NCBI GenBank assembly: GCA_030167865.1
Contig: JALAGF010004597.1
Location: forward strand, 1-35,224
Length of the DNA stretch: 35,224 bases
DNA from: Craspedostauros australis
Lineage: Eukaryota
Direction of reading: 5' to 3'
The first letter of the stretch is position 1; every line of letters begins with the position of its first letter. Positions 31,419-35,224 of the stretch are shown here, in pieces. Both the position numbers and the translations under genes were made by a program. The notes below the pieces were generated by a model. The model saw only the letters and a program-made list of their open reading frames with translations, searched no databases and had not been told where the DNA came from.

Positions 31419-34400
31419 ATGTCGCCTTCAACAAAGGATGCGCGCAATGGCAGCAACACGAGCGTTGGCAAGAATGTCAATGATCTGCTCGGCAAACCTT
31501 CAACTTTGAACAGTGACCATGACGAAGGATCGATGGTGTTCTGCGATGAGCATTCCACAACGCATGGATCAAATCAGTCTCACTCCAACCGTTCCACAGC
31601 ACACGATGAGGAGGACGACAAGGACTCGCCCGCCGCACTTGTTCGTACCGAAGACAAGGCCGTGTCTATCCTCAGGATCATGGCCATCCTTTTCCTTCTC
31701 GCTGCCGCTGCGGCCGCAAGCACGACGCTGTACCTAGTTACGAGCGATGCAGAGGAGGATGCCTTCGAACGCAGCTTCGACAAGATCTCGGAACGGATCG
31801 TCGACTCCTTGCTCGAGGAGACTCGAGCCAAGTTTTGGCACGCACGTACCTTGGCTGGAAGTATTGACAGCATCATGCTGGCTGGCAACATGGACAAGCT
31901 CAACCTCTCCATGCCGCTTTGGGAGATCATGACAGAAGAAGCACGCTCTACCAGCAGTGCCAAGGTTGTGTCCTGGTCACCATTCTTGTTCGACGAGAAC
32001 GAGCTGGACCAGTTCTGGAACTTCACTATTGACCAGACAGACGGAGGTGTTCCCACATCAGGGGCAAATCCCGTCTGTAGCCTGTGTAGCAACCCGGACT
32101 GGGTCCTCGCAAACCCAGACTTCGTCATGACCCATCCCTTCTTTGGGGACTTCACTTGCCAGTCGTTCTATGACTTGGGCCAAGCTGGTGCCTTGGGACA
32201 TTGTGAACAGACCCTGCAATTCGCGTCAGCCTGCTTCTGTGCTCCGCCAGTGCTCAAGGAGGACGAGACCATCTACACAACACGCAACACTTCTCAGGGC
32301 ATATGGAGGGTCGGCTCCGATGGTTTTGCCGTTGATGACAACAGTCCGGCACCATGGAATCCAATATGGACATCCATGGCTGGTGATACCAGCACAACGA
32401 CCTTCATGTACAATCAGATGAGTGATCCCGTCCGCCAGCGCGTCCTCACAAGTCTCGTTGAAGACCGCTCCCCTGCCTTCTCCGAAGTTTTCCGCCGTGA
32501 AGGTGCCTACTACGAAAACTACGGCAAGGGCAACATTGGCGAATTGGCCACACTCATTGTCTTCCCCGTGTTCGGACCGGAATCTGACGATGTCGTCATT
32601 GGATCAGTCGTCCTGGAGATCGACTGGAGAGACTTCGTCCCCTCCAACTTCCCTCTTGATGGGGATCTGGTCGATATCGTGGTCTCCAACTCATGCGGGC
32701 AGAACTACACATTCCGCGTTAACGCCAACACCAACGAACTCGATTTGATTGGCGAGGGCGACCTCCACGATACCAAGTTCAGCGAGCACGTGTACGGTTC
32801 CGCATTTGAAGAGTACAACAGCATCGTAACCAGCGCGTCCAAAGCCGGAGACGCGGTTGATCAATTGATCGATTTCTGCCGGTACCGTTTCCTCATCTAT
32901 CCCAGACAGGAGCTCCGCGACGAGCATGTGACCAACGAGCCAATCATCTTGACCATCCTGGTATGCACCATCTTCGTCTTCACCACGCTCGTCTTCTTCC
33001 TCTACGACTTCTTCGTCAGACGTCGCCAACGTCTGGTGATGGACCGCGCCACGAGAACGGGCGAGATCGTGTCTTCCCTCTTCCCAGAGAACGTCCGAGA
33101 ACGGCTCTACAATTCACCGGCGAAGAACCAACTTATCCGTATCGACGATGAAGACCATCTGGACACAGATAGCACGGTGAAGTCAAGCAGCAACTTCCGA
33201 TCGCCAAAGGCAAGCATCAAGAGCTTCCTATCTGCCAACGAGAACGGGTTGCTCGGATCTGAGCCCATCGCCGACCTCTTCCCTGACACGACAGTGGTCT
33301 TCATCGATATCTCCGGTTTCACCGCATGGTCAAGCGAGCGTGACCCAAGCCAGGTGTTTCGCCTCCTGGAATCGATCTATCAAACCTTCGATATCATCGC
33401 CAAGCGCCGCAGCATCTTCAAGGTCGAGACTATCGGGGACAGCTACGTCGCGGCCACTGGTCTTCCGGAACCACGCAAGGATCATGCCGTCGTTATGGTC
33501 CGCTTTGCATACGAGTGCCTCAACGAGATGAGGTCCTTGGTGAAGCGACTGGAGGTGCTGCTGGGTCCATCCACTGGCGACCTCAAGGCGCGATGTGGTA
33601 TGCACAGCGGTCCTGTGACAGCGGGTGTCCTCCGCGGTGCCAAGGCGAGATTCCAGCTCTTCGGCGACACCATGAACGTGGCTGCTCGGTTGGAGAGCGC
33701 AGGAACGGAGGGACGGATCCACATCTCCAAGGAGACCGCGGACATACTCAAGGCAGCAGGCAAGTCCAACTGGGTGACGACTCGGCAGGAGCTAGTCTCC
33801 ATCAAGGGCAAGGGCGAGATGCAGACGTTCTGGGCCAGTCCGAGGAACCGCAAACGATTCCCCAAAGGCGCTCGCAATAGTGGCACGCAATCAGACACGG
33901 GCAGCGATATCGAAAGCGTCGCCCTTTCCAACATGTCGGCCGACTCGGATGCGATGTTGGATGCAACTTCCAACCAGAAGGTCCAGCGTCTCATCGATTG
34001 GAACGTCCAAGTCATGGTCAGCCTCTTGGAGCAAGTCGTGAAGAAACGCCACCTTGTTGCTACGCAGGCAGATCCCATCGAAATGATCAGCGCTGCCGAG
34101 CAAGCCATCACTCGCAACCCCGACATCGTGTTCGATGAGATCACCGAGGTCATCCCCGTTCCGCATTTCCAATCAAGCAGTGTCAGTGCAAGCGAGACCC
34201 CTGGCGAAATCGATCCGGCTATCCAGAATGAGCTCACTTCATTCGTTTGCCGTCTCTCCGGTCTCTACCACGACGTTCCATTCCACAACTTCGAGCATGT
34301 GAGCCACGTGACCATGTCGGCTGGCAAGCTGATGAAACGCATCGTCGCCCCAGACAGTGTCGACTACAATCAGGACGCCATCGACATCGCCCACAAGGTG

Positions 34401-35224
34401 CACGACGTGACATACGGCATCAGCTCGAACCCGTTGATGCAGTTCGCCATCGTCTTCGCGGCCGTCATCCATGACGTGGACCACACCGGCCTCCCGAATG
34501 CGGAGCTCGTACGGATGCAGACACCTGCCTCCGTGGCCTACCGTGGCAAGTCCGTTGCTGAGCAGAACTCGGTGGACGTGGCGTGGAACACGCTGATGCT
34601 GCCAGAGTTCGCAGGCTTGCGACGATGCATCTACACCACCGTGGACGAGCTGAAGCACTTCCGCCAGCTCGTGGTGAACATCGTGATGGCAACCGACATC
34701 GCTGACAAGGAGCTGCAAGCATTGCGTCGCAAGCGTTGGGCTGTTGCATTTGACAGCGGGTCGCCCACCAGCATCCCGGAGCACGTCGCGACCGTCACCA
34801 GGAATGCCACAGGTGGATTTGGAGGTGGCAATGGCAGCGATAGCGATGGCGGCGACACAAGCAACATGGACCGCCGTGCGACGATCGTGCTGGAGTACAT
34901 CATCCAGGCCTCGGATGTCGCGCACACCATGCAGCACTGGCACACATACCAGAAGTGGAACGAGCGCCTCTTCTTCGAGCGCTACAAGGCCTATCTGGAT
35001 GGTCACGAGAACGAAGATCCATCCATCGGTTGGTACAAGGGCGAGATCGGGTTCTTCGACTTCTACATCATCCCGCTGGCGAAGAAGCTCAAGGAGTGTG
35101 GCGTATTTGGAGTATCGCACCATGAGTACCTCCGATACGCAGAGGGCAACCGAATGGAATGGGAGAAGAAAGGGCAGGACATTGTGAAGAAGATGCACGC
35201 AGCTGCGGTGACGAAGTTTGGCAT
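31419..35224 (+). CDS. Receptor-type class III nucleotide (probably guanylyl) cyclase fused to a class I cyclic-nucleotide phosphodiesterase; 3' end just beyond the window
   Basis: Frame open from ATG 31419 to the window end; with no stop codon it is absent from the ORF track. TM1 at about 31665-31740, an extracellular CHASE-like region, TM2 at about 32940-33005, cyclase at about 33265-33835 (FIDISGFTAWSS, KVETIGDSY, GMHSGPV, RFQLFGDTMNVAARLES, KGKGEMQTFW), PDEase at about 34265-35170 (FHNFEH, IHDVDHTG, VMATDI, QASDVAH, GFFDFYIIPL). Confidence 0.93.
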   Translation, partial: MSPSTKDARNGSNTSVGKNVNDLLGKPSTLNSDHDEGSMVFCDEHSTTHGSNQSHSNRSTAHDEEDDKDSPAALVRTEDKAVSILRIMAILFLLAAAAAASTTLYLVTSDAEEDAFERSFDKISERIVDSLLEETRAKFWHARTLAGSIDSIMLAGNMDKLNLSMPLWEIMTEEARSTSSAKVVSWSPFLFDENELDQFWNFTIDQTDGGVPTSGANPVCSLCSNPDWVLANPDFVMTHPFFGDFTCQSFYDLGQAGALGHCEQTLQFASACFCAPPVLKEDETIYTTRNTSQGIWRVGSDGFAVDDNSPAPWNPIWTSMAGDTSTTTFMYNQMSDPVRQRVLTSLVEDRSPAFSEVFRREGAYYENYGKGNIGELATLIVFPVFGPESDDVVIGSVVLEIDWRDFVPSNFPLDGDLVDIVVSNSCGQNYTFRVNANTNELDLIGEGDLHDTKFSEHVYGSAFEEYNSIVTSASKAGDAVDQLIDFCRYRFLIYPRQELRDEHVTNEPIILTILVCTIFVFTTLVFFLYDFFVRRRQRLVMDRATRTGEIVSSLFPENVRERLYNSPAKNQLIRIDDEDHLDTDSTVKSSSNFRSPKASIKSFLSANENGLLGSEPIADLFPDTTVVFIDISGFTAWSSERDPSQVFRLLESIYQTFDIIAKRRSIFKVETIGDSYVAATGLPEPRKDHAVVMVRFAYECLNEMRSLVKRLEVLLGPSTGDLKARCGMHSGPVTAGVLRGAKARFQLFGDTMNVAARLESAGTEGRIHISKETADILKAAGKSNWVTTRQELVSIKGKGEMQTFWASPRNRKRFPKGARNSGTQSDTGSDIESVALSNMSADSDAMLDATSNQKVQRLIDWNVQVMVSLLEQVVKKRHLVATQADPIEMISAAEQAITRNPDIVFDEITEVIPVPHFQSSSVSASETPGEIDPAIQNELTSFVCRLSGLYHDVPFHNFEHVSHVTMSAGKLMKRIVAPDSVDYNQDAIDIAHKVHDVTYGISSNPLMQFAIVFAAVIHDVDHTGLPNAELVRMQTPASVAYRGKSVAEQNSVDVAWNTLMLPEFAGLRRCIYTTVDELKHFRQLVVNIVMATDIADKELQALRRKRWAVAFDSGSPTSIPEHVATVTRNATGGFGGGNGSDSDGGDTSNMDRRATIVLEYIIQASDVAHTMQHWHTYQKWNERLFFERYKAYLDGHENEDPSIGWYKGEIGFFDFYIIPLAKKLKECGVFGVSHHEYLRYAEGNRMEWEKKGQDIVKKMHAAAVTKFG

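Noticed and set aside
33330-35198. Minus-strand ORFs of 130-319 aa in the ORF track
   Set aside because: Antisense to the cyclase-PDE reading frame, which carries all the conserved motifs.

Overview
Gene-dense eukaryotic nuclear DNA (GT-AG introns, high GC3), most likely a diatom: there are bipartite plastid-targeting 'AFAP'-type motifs and a diatom-type membrane cyclase-phosphodiesterase gene. From left to right: (1) a disrupted long ORF at the window start resembling a non-LTR retrotransposon ORF1, spanning an assembly gap; (2) an orphan gene with a signal peptide; (3) a nitrile-specifier-like kelch protein divergent from a 3-exon class-III aminotransferase; (4) ARL1; (5) a plastid CGFS glutaredoxin; (6) a frameshifted, deletion-riddled tyrosine-recombinase-like pseudogene with a possible plastid-targeting N-terminus, which the ORF track breaks into pieces; (7) an RNI-like LRR protein; (8) SECIS-binding protein 2 with four tandem U2AF65-UHM-like RRMs inserted; (9) Gle1 extended by about 18 PFGGG repeats and a CCCH zinc finger (Nup42/hCG1-like tail); (10) a USP deubiquitinase; (11) an ankyrin-TPR protein; (12) a small single-TM protein; (13) a 2-TM nucleotide cyclase-PDE gene that runs off the window end and is missing from the ORF track. 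All family assignments come from motif recognition by eye; no searches were run.
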